Part shown: one piece after another, positions 10,208 to 21,346 of the stretch
How the letters are laid out: each line of letters begins with the position of its first letter
How positions within the stretch are numbered: position 1 is the stretch's first letter
Source of the DNA: an uncultured Eubacteriales bacterium
GTDB lineage: Bacteria > Bacillota > Clostridia > Monoglobales > Monoglobaceae
Direction of reading: 5' to 3'
DNA: 64,000 bases
Assembly (NCBI GenBank): GCA_900542675.1
Contig: UQOT01000002.1
Span: 11,286 to 75,285 of the forward strand
The notes under the pieces: generated by a model
Databases searched by the model: none
What the model was told of the DNA's origin: nothing
Seen by the model: only the letters and a program-made list of their open reading frames with translations
Program-made: the position numbers and the translations under genes

Positions 10208-10573
10208 TTATTTCTTCTTGTTTGCGATTGTACGCTTCGGTCCCTTACGGGTTCTCGCGTTTGTCTTACTGCGCTGTCCGCGAACGGGAAGACCCTTTCT
10301 GTGGCGGATGCCTCTGTAGCAGTTGATTTCCATAAGGCGCTTAATATCGAGAGCGATATCACGTCTCAAGTCGCCTTCAACATTGTAGTTGTCAATTTCG
10401 TTTCTGAGAGTCTGTACTTCGTCCTCTGTGAGGTCACGGACTCTTGTGTCCGGATTAACCCCTGTTGCTGCCAAAATCTTTCTCGAAGTGGAAACACCGA
10501 TACCGAAAATGTATGTGAGTCCGTATTCGACTCTCTTCTCATTCGGTAAATCCACACCTGCGATACGTGCCAT
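10208..10573 (-). CDS. rpsM: 30S ribosomal protein S13
   Basis: [10 protein letters not shown] start at 10573; [14 protein letters not shown]. Confidence 0.98.
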   Translation of the reverse strand: MARIAGVDLPNEKRVEYGLTYIFGIGVSTSRKILAATGVNPDTRVRDLTEDEVQTLRNEIDNYNVEGDLRRDIALDIKRLMEINCYRGIRHRKGLPVRGQRSKTNARTRKGPKRTIANKKK

Positions 10574-10712
10574 TAATAATTCACCTCCATAAATTTTTCC
10601 GAAAAAATAAGCGGAGCAGAATTTCACCCATAATATTTAAAATAATAAAACTATGAAGTCGGCAAAAATATAGTGGTCTTGATGCCTGACCCTGCCCGCA
10701 TTATGATACTGT

Positions 10713-10838
<126 letters not shown>

Positions 10839-10916
10839 CTAAATTTGTATTATGCCCGATTTTCAGGTTAAATATACCTAATAAGTTACATTAAACCATA
10901 CTAATCGAACCATAAT

Positions 10917-10945
10917 ATTTTATCATATACTCTGCGTTTAGTCAA
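10917..10945 (-). promoter_or_regulatory. Internal promoter upstream of rpmJ and the alpha operon
   Basis: TTGACT(10940-10945)-17-TAAAAT(10917-10922) with TGn extension. Confidence 0.6.
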
Positions 10946-11021
10946 GTCTTTGCGCCGCTAAGCGCCGCTTAATATTAACCAAACTTTTCAGCCAAATGTT
11001 TAAGTTTTATGACATTCTTGT

Positions 11022-11171
11022 CTATAAAACGGTAACCGTCTGTATTTTGGGAGCAGACGGTACAGCCGACGGGATTTGCTTGCCCGATGTTTTCTCTGCT
11101 CTGCTCCCGCAGACGGCAAGAAGCAGAGCAAGCGACAAGCTTACAGATATAATATATCTTTTTAATGCCAT
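11022..11171 (-). CDS. Small ORF (49 aa) with signal-peptide-like N-terminus, possibly a gene remnant
   Basis: GGAGA RBS then MALKRYIISVSLSLALLLAVCGSRAEK; lies between infA and rpmJ. Confidence 0.4.
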   Translation of the reverse strand: MALKRYIISVSLSLALLLAVCGSRAEKTSGKQIPSAVPSAPKIQTVTVL

Positions 11172-11188
11172 AGCTCTTTCTCCGATTT

Positions 11189-11407
11189 TTATTTTGCGCG
11201 CCACGTAATTCTGCCTTTTGTAAGGTCGTACGGCGAAATTTCGATTGTAACCTTATCGCCCGGCAAAATCTTAATATAGTGCATTCTGAGCTTGCCCGAA
11301 ATGTGAGCCAAAATCTCGTGACCGTTTTCAAGCACTACTTTAAACATTGCGTTCGGCAGCGCCTCGACTACCTTACCTTCAACTTCCAAAACGTCTTCCT
11401 TTGCCAT
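11189..11407 (-). CDS. infA: Translation initiation factor IF-1
   Basis: [30 protein letters not shown]. Confidence 0.98.
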   Translation of the reverse strand: MAKEDVLEVEGKVVEALPNAMFKVVLENGHEILAHISGKLRMHYIKILPGDKVTIEISPYDLTKGRITWRAK

Positions 11408-11410
11408 TGA

Positions 11411-11665
11411 TTATACCTCCTTTAAAATTTTTCTTATTTCCGCGTCGCTGAGATTTGCCGCATCCTCTGCCGTCTTTCCCGTCTTTACAAGGTGCAGGTT
11501 CTTTTTAAGCTTAGGATTTTCGGTCTTTCTCAATTTTCCGTCGCAGATTTTTACATATTCATCGTCTGTTTTTTCTACGACAATATAAGCTCTGCCGCAG
11601 CCGCGCCCCGCCGTCGCGCGTACAATGTCACCGACAGCGAGCTGCGGACGCTTTGAATTTTTCAT
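11411..11665 (-). CDS. KOW-motif RNA-binding protein (L14e-like)
   Basis: VGDIVRATAGRG, ICDGKLRKTENPKLK; conserved map-infA position in Clostridia. Confidence 0.8.
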   Translation of the reverse strand: MKNSKRPQLAVGDIVRATAGRGCGRAYIVVEKTDDEYVKICDGKLRKTENPKLKKNLHLVKTGKTAEDAANLSDAEIRKILKEV

Positions 11666-11730
11666 AAATCTAACCCCTCTCAGCAAGCACAGCGCGCCTG
11701 ACCTATAATCCCCTTTTGCGGGAAGCTCCG

Positions 11731-12498
11731 CTACTCAGCCTCAGGACTGCCTGCGGGGAAGGTCAGCAGAACAGGGTCGCCCTTTGTTACCAAAATTGTG
11801 TTTTCATAGTGCGCTGTATTCTTTCCGTCCTTTGTTATTACCGCCCACTCGTTATCGGCTACGTACACATCCTTATTTCCGGCACAAATCATAGGCTCAA
11901 CCGCTATGACCATACCCGCTCTGAGGCGTATGCCCTTTTGATGCGTTACATAGTTCGGTATCTCGGGGTCCTCGTGCATATCCGCACCTACCCCGTGACC
12001 GCAATAGTTCCGTAGAACCGAAAATCCGTTCGACTCCGCGTGTGTCTGAACCGCACGTGAAATGTCAGATATTCTGTAGCCCTCTCTTGCGAATTCAAGC
12101 GCCTTAAAGAAGCTCTCGCGCGTAACGCGAACCAGCTTTTCGGTCTCGTCATCGACCTTGCCGACCTTAAACGTTCTCGCTGCGTCGCCGTGATAGCCGT
12201 GCCAGCACGCACCGACGTCAACACTCACAATATCGCCCTCTTTAAGAGGAGTATCGTCCGGAAACCCGTGGATAATACAGTCGTTAACGCTCGCGCAGAT
12301 TGCCGCGGGAAAACCGCCGTAGCCCTTAAACGAACAAGTGCAGCCCTTAGACAGAATATAGTCCTCTGCAATTTTGTTAAGCTGATTTGTAGTTACGCCC
12401 GGGCGAACCGCCTTTGAAACCTCAATCAATGCTTCGTAAGTAATGCGTCCCGCAACCCTGAGCTTTTCAATTTCTGATTTTGATTTTAAGATAACCAC
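11731..12498 (-). CDS. map: Type I methionine aminopeptidase
   Basis: CASVND..HGFP, DVG..YHGD, GHGVG..MHEDP, AHYENT. Confidence 0.97.
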   Translation of the reverse strand: MVILKSKSEIEKLRVAGRITYEALIEVSKAVRPGVTTNQLNKIAEDYILSKGCTCSFKGYGGFPAAICASVNDCIIHGFPDDTPLKEGDIVSVDVGACWHGYHGDAARTFKVGKVDDETEKLVRVTRESFFKALEFAREGYRISDISRAVQTHAESNGFSVLRNYCGHGVGADMHEDPEIPNYVTHQKGIRLRAGMVIAVEPMICAGNKDVYVADNEWAVITKDGKNTAHYENTILVTKGDPVLLTFPAGSPEAE

Positions 12499-12500
12499 TT

Positions 12501-13133
12501 TTACGCCTCCAGAGCCTTAAGTACTTCTTTTGTTGTGTCCTCTATAGAATTCTTGCCCGCTGCAACTTTAAGCATACCCTTTTCTTTATAGTACGCAATA
12601 AGCGGCTCTGTCTGTGAATGATATGTCTTAAGACGTTCCTTGACCGTCTCGGGCTTATCGTCCTTGCGGACAGCAAGCTTACCGCCGCACTTGTCGCACA
12701 CACCCGGGGTCTTAGGCTTTCTGAACTCCTTGTGGTAGGTTGTCGCGCACCTCTCGCACTCGAGTCTGCCCGAAATTCTGTTGATTATCGTATCATCCGC
12801 CACGTCAAGCTCTAAAACCGAGTCAATCTCAATTGTCGATGCGCTGAGCGCCTCAGCCTGAGCGAGTGTTCTCGGAAATCCGTCAAGGATAAATCCGTTT
12901 TTGCAGTCGTCTTCTTTAAGTCTGTTCGCCATAACGTCAATCATTACACTGTCCGGTATCAGCCTACCGTCATTTATATAATTTTCGGCAATCTTGCCGA
13001 GCTCGGTTCCGGCTTTAATATTCTTTCTGAGTAAAGCTCCTGTTGAAATTGTAGGAATGTTAAAGTGTTCGCTGAGTTTTTCCGCCTGAGTGCCCTTTCC
13101 GGCGCCCGGCGCAGCTAATAATATAAGTCTCAT
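12501..13133 (-). CDS. adk: Adenylate kinase with Zn-lid
   Basis: PGAGKGTQ, GFILDGFPRT, CxxC..CxxC lid; ATG at 13133. Confidence 0.97.
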   Translation of the reverse strand: MRLILLAAPGAGKGTQAEKLSEHFNIPTISTGALLRKNIKAGTELGKIAENYINDGRLIPDSVMIDVMANRLKEDDCKNGFILDGFPRTLAQAEALSASTIEIDSVLELDVADDTIINRISGRLECERCATTYHKEFRKPKTPGVCDKCGGKLAVRKDDKPETVKERLKTYHSQTEPLIAYYKEKGMLKVAAGKNSIEDTTKEVLKALEA

Positions 13134-13235
13134 TTTGTTTTCACCCCATAAAAACGGATAGAGCAGGTATAGACACACGCCTGCGTGTAATACACCTACT
13201 CATATCGTATAATCATAAATAATCTTAAAGTCAGA

Positions 13236-14516
13236 TTATTCCAAGAAACCCTTGTAGTGTCTCATCAGCATCTGCGACTCCATATCCTTAACGGTTTCAA
13301 GTGCAACACCAACTACGATAAGCAGTGAGGTACCACCGATTGCGAAGTTATTGAGTCCGAGACCTACGTTCATAAATATAGGCAGAACTGCAATAAGTCC
13401 GAGGAATATCGCGCCAACCAATGTAATTCTTGAGAGTACCTTTGAAATGTACTCCGACGTGGGACGTCCCGGTCTTATACCCGGAATAAATCCGCCGTTC
13501 TTCTTCATATTATTCGACATCTCAATCGGGTTGAACTGTATTGCTGTGTAGAAATATGTGAAGAATAAAATCAGCACAAAATACAGAATAGCATAAATCC
13601 ACGAATCCGGTGAGAATACCTTTAAAAATCCTCCCCAGAAGCCGCCGCTGCCTGCAGTCTTACCGAAAAATCCTGCGATAGTACCCGGGAACTGCATAAT
13701 CGACATAGCGAAGATAATCGGGATAACGCCTGCCGACGCAACCTTAATCGGGATATGCGTGCTCTGACCGCCGTACATCTTTCTGCCGACCATACGCTTT
13801 GCATACTGAACGGGAATACGTCTTTCTGCTTCGTTCATAAGAACGACAAGACCTATTACCACAACAATCAGTATCAAGATTGCGACAACGCCCACAAGAC
13901 CGATTGTGCCGCCCTTAGCGTACGCGTAAAGCGACTGAGCCAAGCTCGGGAAACGTGAAACGATACCCGCAAAAATGATAAGCGATATACCGTTACCTAC
14001 GCCCTTCTCGGTAATCTGCTCACCAAGCCACATAAGGAACGCCGTACCTGCGGTAAATGTGAATATTACAACTATCGCGGTTAAAAATCCCGGATTTGTA
14101 ACTGCGTTATAGCTCTTAAGCATAAAGTACAGTCCTATAGCCTGGATAAACGCAAGTACAACCGTGCCGTATCTCGTAATCTGAGCAATCTTCTTTCTGC
14201 CGTCCTCACCCTGCTTTGAGAGTCTCTCAAGAGCCGGAATGGCAACAGTCAAAAGCTGCATAATAATTGACGAGTTAATGTACGGTGTAATGCTCATCGC
14301 GAATATTGTTGCGTTCTGGAACGCACCGCCCGAGATGACGTCGATAAATCCGAACATTGAATTATCGAGCGAGAAAATTTCTTTCATCGCTGCCGGATCC
14401 AAAAGCGGAACCGGAATACACGAACCGAGACGGAAAATTATGATCATTACGATAGTGTATAAAATCTTCTTTCTGAGGTCAACAATTTTCCATGCGTTAC
14501 GAATGGTTTCCAGCAT
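13236..14516 (-). CDS. secY: Preprotein translocase subunit SecY
   Basis: MWLGEQIT.KGVGNG, FIPGIRPG, GGTSLLIVVGV. Confidence 0.99.
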   Translation of the reverse strand: MLETIRNAWKIVDLRKKILYTIVMIIIFRLGSCIPVPLLDPAAMKEIFSLDNSMFGFIDVISGGAFQNATIFAMSITPYINSSIIMQLLTVAIPALERLSKQGEDGRKKIAQITRYGTVVLAFIQAIGLYFMLKSYNAVTNPGFLTAIVVIFTFTAGTAFLMWLGEQITEKGVGNGISLIIFAGIVSRFPSLAQSLYAYAKGGTIGLVGVVAILILIVVVIGLVVLMNEAERRIPVQYAKRMVGRKMYGGQSTHIPIKVASAGVIPIIFAMSIMQFPGTIAGFFGKTAGSGGFWGGFLKVFSPDSWIYAILYFVLILFFTYFYTAIQFNPIEMSNNMKKNGGFIPGIRPGRPTSEYISKVLSRITLVGAIFLGLIAVLPIFMNVGLGLNNFAIGGTSLLIVVGVALETVKDMESQMLMRHYKGFLE

Positions 14517-14518
14517 GA

Positions 14519-14959
14519 CTAAATCACCTCAGCCTTTCCGCCTGCCGCATTAATCTTTTCTTCAGCGCTCTTGCTGAACCTTTTTGCTTTGATGGTAAGC
14601 TTCTTTGTGATGTCTCCGCGACCCAAAACAACAATACCATCGTTAATCTTTTTTATAACACCGTTTTCCTTGAGCATTTCAGCTGTTATCTCGGTGCCGT
14701 TTTCAAACTTATTTAAGTCCTCAACATTGATAGAAGTATACTTCTTTGCAAAGATATTGGTAAATCCGCGCTTCGGAAGTCTTCTGTAAATGGGCATCTG
14801 TCCGCCTTCAAAACCGGGACGTACACCGCCGCCGCTGCGCGAGTTCTGACCCTTCTGACCTCTGCCCGAAGTCTTTCCGTTGCCGCTTCCGTGACCTCTG
14901 CCGACTCTGAAAGCCTTCTTCTTTGAGCCCTTGCTCGGAGATAATTCGTGAAGTTTCAT
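14519..14959 (-). CDS. rplO: 50S ribosomal protein L15
   Basis: [23 protein letters not shown]. Confidence 0.98.
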   Translation of the reverse strand: MKLHELSPSKGSKKKAFRVGRGHGSGNGKTSGRGQKGQNSRSGGGVRPGFEGGQMPIYRRLPKRGFTNIFAKKYTSINVEDLNKFENGTEITAEMLKENGVIKKINDGIVVLGRGDITKKLTIKAKRFSKSAEEKINAAGGKAEVI

Positions 14960-15044
14960 TGAGTCCACCTCCTCCTTCTCTTTACATATTAAATGCTTTG
15001 TGTTTTCTGTCTAATAATCCATTAATATATTCAAGCGATAAAAA

Positions 15045-15224
15045 TTACTCGCTTACCGTCACCAGATGCTTAACCTTGAAAATCATTCCTCTTATCTGAG
15101 GATTGTCAGGCTTTTCCACAGTCTGATGAAGCTTTCTAAGACCGAGCGCCTCTACTGTGGCAATCTGGTCCTTCTTAGCACCGATAGTGCTCTTGGTTAA
15201 AGTAACTTTAATTGTATTAGCCAA
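15045..15224 (-). CDS. rpmD: 50S ribosomal protein L30
   Basis: Manual translation from [40 protein letters not shown]; between rpsE and rplO. Confidence 0.95.
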   Translation of the reverse strand: MANTIKVTLTKSTIGAKKDQIATVEALGLRKLHQTVEKPDNPQIRGMIFKVKHLVTVSE

Positions 15225-15262
15225 GACTGTTTCCTCCTATCTCACTTTACTTCTTTGCTGTA

Positions 15263-15793
15263 TTAGCCTAAAATCTCTTCAGGTTTTTTGCCTCTGAGGC
15301 GCGAAACCTCTTCAAGGCTCTTGAGTGATGCAAGACCCTCGATTGTAGCAGCTACAACGTTCTTCGGGTTGTTGCTGCGCAGGCACTTTGTTCTGATATC
15401 CTTAATACCCGCAAGCTCGAGCACCGCACGAGCGGGACCGCCCGCGATAACACCGGTACCTTCTGCAGCCGGCTTTAAGAGAACTCTTCCGGCTCCGAAC
15501 TCACCGATAATTTCGTGAGGTATAGTTGTCTCAACCATAGGAACGGTAATCATATTCTTCTTTGCATCGTCGATACCCTTGCGGATAGCGTCCGGAATTT
15601 CAGCTGCCTTACCCATACCGCAGCCTACGTGACCGTTATGGTCGCCGACTACTACGAGCGCGCTAAATCTGAAGTTTCTACCACCCTTTACAACCTTTGC
15701 AACACGGTTTAAGAAAACTACTTTTTCTTCAAGCTCAAGCACGTCAGCGTCTATGCGCTCCTGCTTTCTTGTTCTTTCGCCCTTTAATGCCAT
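15263..15793 (-). CDS. rpsE: 30S ribosomal protein S5
   Basis: [22 protein letters not shown]. Confidence 0.98.
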   Translation of the reverse strand: MALKGERTRKQERIDADVLELEEKVVFLNRVAKVVKGGRNFRFSALVVVGDHNGHVGCGMGKAAEIPDAIRKGIDDAKKNMITVPMVETTIPHEIIGEFGAGRVLLKPAAEGTGVIAGGPARAVLELAGIKDIRTKCLRSNNPKNVVAATIEGLASLKSLEEVSRLRGKKPEEILG

Positions 15794-15820
15794 TTATCGT
15801 TTCACCTCTTCCTTTTTAAA

Positions 15821-16183
15821 TTAGAATTCCAGACCGCCTTCACGCGCGCCTGCGGCGAGCTCTGCTACTCTGCCGTGATATACATATCCGCCTCTGTCAA
15901 ATACAACCTTGGTGATACCTGCCGCTGCCGCCTTTTTCGCAACAGAAACGCCGACTGCCTTTGCCGCGTCCTTATTGCCGCCGTAGCTGCCCTTTAAGTC
16001 CTTGTCGAGCGTTGACGCTGCAACTAAAGTCTTGCCGGTTGTGTCATCAATAATTTGAGCATAGATATTTTTAAGACTTCTGAACACACACAGTCTCGGT
16101 CTTTCGGGTGTACCCGAAATCTTTTTACGTACTCTTGCGTGTCTTGCGAGTCTTGCTACATTACTGTTTTGCTTCTTAATCAT
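15821..16183 (-). CDS. rplR: 50S ribosomal protein L18
   Basis: [22 protein letters not shown]. Confidence 0.98.
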   Translation of the reverse strand: MIKKQNSNVARLARHARVRKKISGTPERPRLCVFRSLKNIYAQIIDDTTGKTLVAASTLDKDLKGSYGGNKDAAKAVGVSVAKKAAAAGITKVVFDRGGYVYHGRVAELAAGAREGGLEF

Positions 16184-16207
16184 TAAATTTTCACCTCCAT
16201 ACGGCTA

Positions 16208-16753
16208 TTACTTCTTCGAGCCGGTCTTACCTTCCTTACGTATGATGCGTTCATCAACGTACTTAATACCCTTGCCCTTATACGGCTCGGGAGGTCTCTT
16301 CTCTCTGACTTCGGCAGCGAACTGACCTACCTTCTGCTTATCGGGACCGTTTATTATAATCTTGTTCGGCTGCGGTACATCAATTGTGATGTTACCCGTC
16401 TCCTCCATCTCTACCTGATGTGAGTAACCGAGATTCATAACAAGCTTCTTGCCCTGCTTAGCCGCTCTGTAACCTACGCCGTTTATCTCGAGTTCCTTAG
16501 AAAAGCCCTCGCTTGTACCAACGACCATATTGTTTAAGAGCGAACGTGTGAGACCATGAAGTGATTTATGCTGCTTCGACTCCGACGGACGCTTTACGTC
16601 AATCGTGTCGCCGTTTTTTTCTATTATTATGTCCGCGGGCATTGTCTGTGTGAGCTCGCCCTTAGGACCCTTTACGGTAACTTCATTGTTTTCACCGATT
16701 GTTACGGTAACACCTGCGGGAACCGTTATCGGCATATTTCCAATACGTGACAA
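16208..16753 (-). CDS. rplF: 50S ribosomal protein L6
   Basis: TTG start MSRIG after [17 protein letters not shown]. Confidence 0.98.
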   Translation of the reverse strand: MSRIGNMPITVPAGVTVTIGENNEVTVKGPKGELTQTMPADIIIEKNGDTIDVKRPSESKQHKSLHGLTRSLLNNMVVGTSEGFSKELEINGVGYRAAKQGKKLVMNLGYSHQVEMEETGNITIDVPQPNKIIINGPDKQKVGQFAAEVREKRPPEPYKGKGIKYVDERIIRKEGKTGSKK

Positions 16754-16784
16754 TGAATTCTCCTCCTTCCTGACAAATAATTGA

Positions 16785-17183
16785 CTACCAGATGAATGCC
16801 AGAACTTCACCGCCGACATTCTGCTGGCGGGCTTCCTTATCTGTCATTACACCCTTTGATGTTGAGATGATTGCTATACCGAGACCTTTAAGTACTCTCG
16901 GAAGCTCATCCTTTGAAGCGTACGAACGCAGACCCGGCTTTGAAACTCTCTTAAGGCCTGTCAGTACCTTCTGCTTGTTCTCCGCGTACTTAAGCGTGAT
17001 GCGGATTACTCCCTGAATGCCGTCGTCGATTACTTCGGCACTCTTCACATATCCTTCACGAACCAAAATATCTGCGATTGACTTCTTCATCTTAGAAGCC
17101 GGGATATCAACGGATTCATGTCTTGCATTGTTAGCGTTTCTGATTCTGGTGAGCATATCTGCTATAGGATCTGTAATATGCAT
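16785..17183 (-). CDS. rpsH: 30S ribosomal protein S8
   Basis: [24 protein letters not shown]. Confidence 0.98.
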   Translation of the reverse strand: MHITDPIADMLTRIRNANNARHESVDIPASKMKKSIADILVREGYVKSAEVIDDGIQGVIRITLKYAENKQKVLTGLKRVSKPGLRSYASKDELPRVLKGLGIAIISTSKGVMTDKEARQQNVGGEVLAFIW

Positions 17184-17298
17184 TTAGACTTACCTCCTTT
17201 TTATCGGACTGACGGAGATTGGTTTGGTTTTCCGTGTCTTTATAAGACCACCTTATCTCCTGTTTATTTCCTGTTTAATATTCTCTCGGGCTTTAAGC

Positions 17299-17484
17299 TT
17301 ACCACGAAGCTTTCTTAACGCCCGGTATCTGGCCCTTATAAGCAAGCTCGCGGAAGCAAATTCTGCAAATACCGAACTTACGCAGATATGCGTGCGGTCT
17401 GCCGCAAATCTTGCATCTGTTGTATTCGCGTGTTGAATACTTCTGCTTCTTCTGCTGCTTTAAAACCATTGACTTTCTTGCCAT
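17299..17484 (-). CDS. rpsN: 30S ribosomal protein S14 (type Z, Zn-binding)
   Basis: RCKICGR..CRICFRE, 61 aa. Confidence 0.97.
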   Translation of the reverse strand: MARKSMVLKQQKKQKYSTREYNRCKICGRPHAYLRKFGICRICFRELAYKGQIPGVKKASW

Positions 17485-17513
17485 AAGCTTTTATCCTCCT
17501 ATAATATTCGGTA

Positions 17514-18050
17514 TTATTTTGTAAACGGAGCACCCATAAGCGTAAGAAGCTCTTTCGCCTCTTCATCGGTCTCTGCCGTTGTAACAAACGTTATATCCAT
17601 ACCTCTGATTTTATCAATCTTATCATATTCGATTTCAGGGAAGATAAGCTGCTCCTTGATACCGAGGTTATAGTTACCTCTGCCATCGAAAGAGTTCGGA
17701 TTAATTCCTCTGAAGTCACGTACACGAGGAAGCGCTGCGTTAAAGAGTCTGTCAACAAACTCATACATCTTCGAGCGTCTTAAGGTAACCTTGCAGCCAA
17801 GGTTCATACCCTCTCTGACTTTAAATGTAGCGACCGACTTCTTCGCTTTGGTGATTATCGGCTTCTGACCTGTGATTATCGCAAGATCTGCTGCCGCGCT
17901 TTCGCATGCCTTTGAATTCTCTCTCGCATCGCTGACACCCATATTGATTACAACCTTTACAAGCTTAGGTATCTGCATTGCGCTCTTGTAATTATACTTA
18001 GACATTAAAGCGTCTTTAATCTCTTTTGTATATCTTTCTTCAAGTCTCAT
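17514..18050 (-). CDS. rplE: 50S ribosomal protein L5
   Basis: [23 protein letters not shown]. Confidence 0.98.
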   Translation of the reverse strand: MRLEERYTKEIKDALMSKYNYKSAMQIPKLVKVVINMGVSDARENSKACESAAADLAIITGQKPIITKAKKSVATFKVREGMNLGCKVTLRRSKMYEFVDRLFNAALPRVRDFRGINPNSFDGRGNYNLGIKEQLIFPEIEYDKIDKIRGMDITFVTTAETDEEAKELLTLMGAPFTK

Positions 18051-18084
18051 CTGGACTTTTACCTCCTTCCGTTAAAATTTTGGG

Positions 18085-18405
18085 TTAAAATGTTTCTCCG
18101 CACTTTTTGCAGTAACGAACGTGCGAACCGTCCTCAAGCACTCTGCGTCCGACTCTGGTCGGTGCGCCGCACTTTGAGCATACATTCATAACCTTGCAGG
18201 CATAAATCGGTGTTTCCTGCTTTATAATTCCGCCGACATCGCCCATCTTACGCGGCTTCTTATGCTTGGTAGCCATCGAAACGCCTTCAACAATGACAGT
18301 GCCCTTGTCGCGGTTTACCGATAAAACCTTGCCCTTTTTGCCTCTGTCTTTGCCGCTTCTGACGATTACTTCGTCGCCGGTTCTGACATGCATCTTAGTA
18401 GACAT
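18085..18405 (-). CDS. rplX: 50S ribosomal protein L24
   Basis: GDEVIVRSGKDRGKKGKV KOW motif. Confidence 0.97.
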   Translation of the reverse strand: MSTKMHVRTGDEVIVRSGKDRGKKGKVLSVNRDKGTVIVEGVSMATKHKKPRKMGDVGGIIKQETPIYACKVMNVCSKCGAPTRVGRRVLEDGSHVRYCKKCGETF

Positions 18406-18553
18406 TGTATTCCTCCTATTTAATAATATCTGAATTCAGACCTTAATACCCGCTTTTAAGCATTATATAAATTTGTGCTCAGCCTGACGATGCAGGATGC
18501 CCCCGCGCATCAAATACACAAGGTATCCTTAACCATCGGGATGGGTGCAAATT

Positions 18554-18922
18554 TTATAATACCTCGGGAGCCAAAGACAATATCTTCATATACTCCTTGT
18601 CTCTGAGTTCTCTTGCAACCGGGCCGAATATACGTGTGCCTCTCGGCGTTTTGTCATCTCTGATTAAAACAGCTGCGTTCTCGTCAAAGCAAATCTTTGA
18701 ACCATCGTTTCTCTTAACGCCGTTCTTTGTGCGAACGATAACCGCCTTGACAACGTCACCCTTCTTAACACCGCCGCCGGGCGTTGCTTTTTTAACAGAA
18801 GCGATGATAACGTCGCCGATATTGCCGTAACGTCTGAACGAACCGCCCATTACACGGATGCAAAGGATTTCCTTAGCGCCGCTGTTGTCAGCAACCTTTA
18901 ATATAGTCTGCTGTTGTACCAT
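18554..18922 (-). CDS. rplN: 50S ribosomal protein L14
   Basis: [21 protein letters not shown]. Confidence 0.99.
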   Translation of the reverse strand: MVQQQTILKVADNSGAKEILCIRVMGGSFRRYGNIGDVIIASVKKATPGGGVKKGDVVKAVIVRTKNGVKRNDGSKICFDENAAVLIRDDKTPRGTRIFGPVARELRDKEYMKILSLAPEVL

Positions 18923-18964
18923 AACGGATTTCCTCCTATCTTACAGTCTAATTTATCCGGCCTA

Positions 18965-19222
18965 TTATTTAGCCTTCTCAACAATTTCAACAAGTCTCCA
19001 TCTCTTATCCTTAGAGAGCGGTCTTGTTTCCATTACCTTAACTCTGTCGCCTATACCGCAGACATTGTTCTCGTCGTGCGCTTTAAGCTTATAAGTTCTC
19101 TTCATAACCTTGCCGTAGAGCTTGTGCTTCTCGTTCTCTTTGATTGCAACAACGATTGTCTTATCCATCTTGTTGCTTACAACCTCGCCTATACGAGTCT
19201 TGCGAAAATTACGTTCTTCCAT
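18965..19222 (-). CDS. rpsQ: 30S ribosomal protein S17
   Basis: [21 protein letters not shown]. Confidence 0.98.
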   Translation of the reverse strand: MEERNFRKTRIGEVVSNKMDKTIVVAIKENEKHKLYGKVMKRTYKLKAHDENNVCGIGDRVKVMETRPLSKDKRWRLVEIVEKAK

Positions 19223-19237
19223 TTATCTCTGCACCTC

Positions 19238-19450
19238 CTACGCGTTCAGGTTTGCATTCAAACCGAGTTCTTTTTCTTTTAAAACTGTCTTGCATCTTGC
19301 GATATCCTTCTTAACGCTAACCATTCTCATAGGATTATCGAGCTGGTTGGTAGCGTTTTGAAAACGAAGGTTAAAAAGTTCTTCCTTTAAATCCTGAACC
19401 TTATCTTCAAGTTCCTGCGTTGAAAGGTCTCTTATCTCATTTATTTTCAT
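19238..19450 (-). CDS. rpmC: 50S ribosomal protein L29
   Basis: [18 protein letters not shown]. Confidence 0.97.
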   Translation of the reverse strand: MKINEIRDLSTQELEDKVQDLKEELFNLRFQNATNQLDNPMRMVSVKKDIARCKTVLKEKELGLNANLNA

Positions 19451-19881
19451 TAACTATCACCTTCCGTTTCTTGGTCAGCTTTTCTGACAAACTTACACTT
19501 CATCGGGAGCTTGTGCATAGCAAGACGGAGCGCCTCGCGTGCAACTTCCTCACTTATACCGCCTATTTCAAACATTACCTTGCCCGGCTTTACTACCGAT
19601 ACCCAGTACTCCGGTGCACCCTTACCTTTACCCATACGAGTTTCAGCGGGCTTCTTAGTAACGCTCTTGTCCGGGAAAATCTTTATCCAAACCTTACCGC
19701 CTCTTTTGGTGTAACGCGTCATAGCGACACGGGCAGCCTCAATCTGGTTGCTTGTAACCCACGCGGGGCTAAGTGCCTGAAGACCGTATTCACCGTAAGT
19801 AACCTTGTTACCGCGATGAGCCGTTCCCTTCATACGTCCGCGATGGAGTCTTCTGTACTTAACTCTCTTTGGAGATAACAT
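19450..19881 (-). CDS. rplP: 50S ribosomal protein L16
   Basis: PKRVKYR, QIEAAR, RMGKGKG. Confidence 0.98.
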   Translation of the reverse strand: MLSPKRVKYRRLHRGRMKGTAHRGNKVTYGEYGLQALSPAWVTSNQIEAARVAMTRYTKRGGKVWIKIFPDKSVTKKPAETRMGKGKGAPEYWVSVVKPGKVMFEIGGISEEVAREALRLAMHKLPMKCKFVRKADQETEGDS

Positions 19882-20621
19882 TACCTTCTGCCTCCTCTCT
19901 GACCTGCATTTCTCTGCTGTCTCGGAGCACCGTCTCTTCTCTGTCTCGGTTTTCTTGCCGGGATTTCCTGTCTGGTGCTGCGACCGCCCTTATCAGCGAG
20001 GACTTCTCCTCTGTATATCCATACCTTAACACCAATTTTGCCGTAGGTTGTGTTTGCCTCTGCAAAACCGTAGTCTATGTCAGCTCTTAAGGTCTGAAGC
20101 GGAATTGTACCCTCATGATAGTGCTCGGTTCTTGCGATTTCGGCGCCGCCTACACGACCTGCTACCTGAGTCTTGATGCCCTTTGCGCCGAGCTTCATAG
20201 CTCTGCCCATACACTGCTTCATAGCCTTTCTGAACGAAATACGTCTCTCGAGCTGTGACGCGATGTTCTCAGCAACGAGCTGCGCGTCCAAATCGGGCGA
20301 CTTTACTTCTATTACATTCAAGATGATGGTCTTACCTGTCATCTTCTCAAGCTCTTTCTTGAGCTTTTCAATCTCACTGCCGCCCTTACCGATTACGATA
20401 CCCGGCTTGCCGGCATGGATTGAAATACGAACCTTGTTCGCGAATTTCTCGATTTCTATTTTTGCAACTCCGGCCTGGAATAACTTCTTCTTCAAGAATA
20501 CTCTGAGGTTATAATCCTCAACGAGGCTGTCGCCGAAGTCCTTTTTGTTTGCAAACCAACGTGAATCCCAGTCCTTGATTACGCCGACTCTGAGACCATG
20601 TGGATTAACTTTCTGACCCAT
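19881..20621 (-). CDS. rpsC: 30S ribosomal protein S3
   Basis: [22 protein letters not shown]. Confidence 0.99.
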   Translation of the reverse strand: MGQKVNPHGLRVGVIKDWDSRWFANKKDFGDSLVEDYNLRVFLKKKLFQAGVAKIEIEKFANKVRISIHAGKPGIVIGKGGSEIEKLKKELEKMTGKTIILNVIEVKSPDLDAQLVAENIASQLERRISFRKAMKQCMGRAMKLGAKGIKTQVAGRVGGAEIARTEHYHEGTIPLQTLRADIDYGFAEANTTYGKIGVKVWIYRGEVLADKGGRSTRQEIPARKPRQRRDGAPRQQRNAGQRGGRR

Positions 20622-20638
20622 GCTTGTGTCCTCCTATC

Positions 20639-20974
20639 TTATTCCTTCTCCTGAAGTTTTATTGTTATGTGACTTGTTTTCTTATTAATTCTAAATGCAC
20701 GTCCCTGCGCTCTTGCCTGAATTCTCTTAAGCGTCGGGCCCTGATCCGCATAAACCTCTGCAACGTAAAGCTTCTCAACATCCATATTGTGGTTGTTTTC
20801 AGCGTTTGCGATTGCGGAGTTTAAAAGCTTCTCAACAACGGGGCTTGCCGCTTTAGGAGTATTCTTTAAAATTCCGATTGCTTCGCCTACCGACTTATTT
20901 CTGATAAGGTCGATAACTACGCGAACCTTTCTCGGCGCGATACGTACATGAGTAACTTTTGCTACTGCTTGCAT
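20639..20974 (-). CDS. rplV: 50S ribosomal protein L22
   Basis: [21 protein letters not shown]. Confidence 0.98.
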   Translation of the reverse strand: MQAVAKVTHVRIAPRKVRVVIDLIRNKSVGEAIGILKNTPKAASPVVEKLLNSAIANAENNHNMDVEKLYVAEVYADQGPTLKRIQARAQGRAFRINKKTSHITIKLQEKE

Positions 20975-21059
20975 ATCTGTATAGCTCCTTTCGATTTATA
21001 TCACAATCTTAAAAATCCGTACGCCGTATGTTCGGCGCTAACTTACGTCCGCAGACGGT

Positions 21060-21332
21060 TTAGCCGGTTGTCTTTGCGCCGGCATGACCTCTGTATGTTC
21101 TTGTCGGAGCGAACTCGCCGAGCTTATGACCGACCATATCCTCACTGACATACACCGGAACGTGCTTTCTTCCATCATATACCGCTATGGTATGTCCTAC
21201 CATCTCAGGGAATATTGTGGAAGCTCTCGACCATGTCTTTAAGACTGTCTTTTCGTTCTTCTCATTCATTGCAACTATTCTTGCGAGAAGCTTCTGGTCA
21301 ACGAAAGGTCCCTTTTTAATACTTCTGCCCAT
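21060..21332 (-). CDS. rpsS: 30S ribosomal protein S19
   Basis: [21 protein letters not shown]. Confidence 0.98.
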   Translation of the reverse strand: MGRSIKKGPFVDQKLLARIVAMNEKNEKTVLKTWSRASTIFPEMVGHTIAVYDGRKHVPVYVSEDMVGHKLGEFAPTRTYRGHAGAKTTG

Positions 21333-21346
21333 TATATATTCCCTCC

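Noticed and set aside
10975..11331. 118-aa ORF overlapping infA in another frame
   Set aside because: It overlaps infA out of frame; only its last codons are considered, as a possible continuation of the small ORF.
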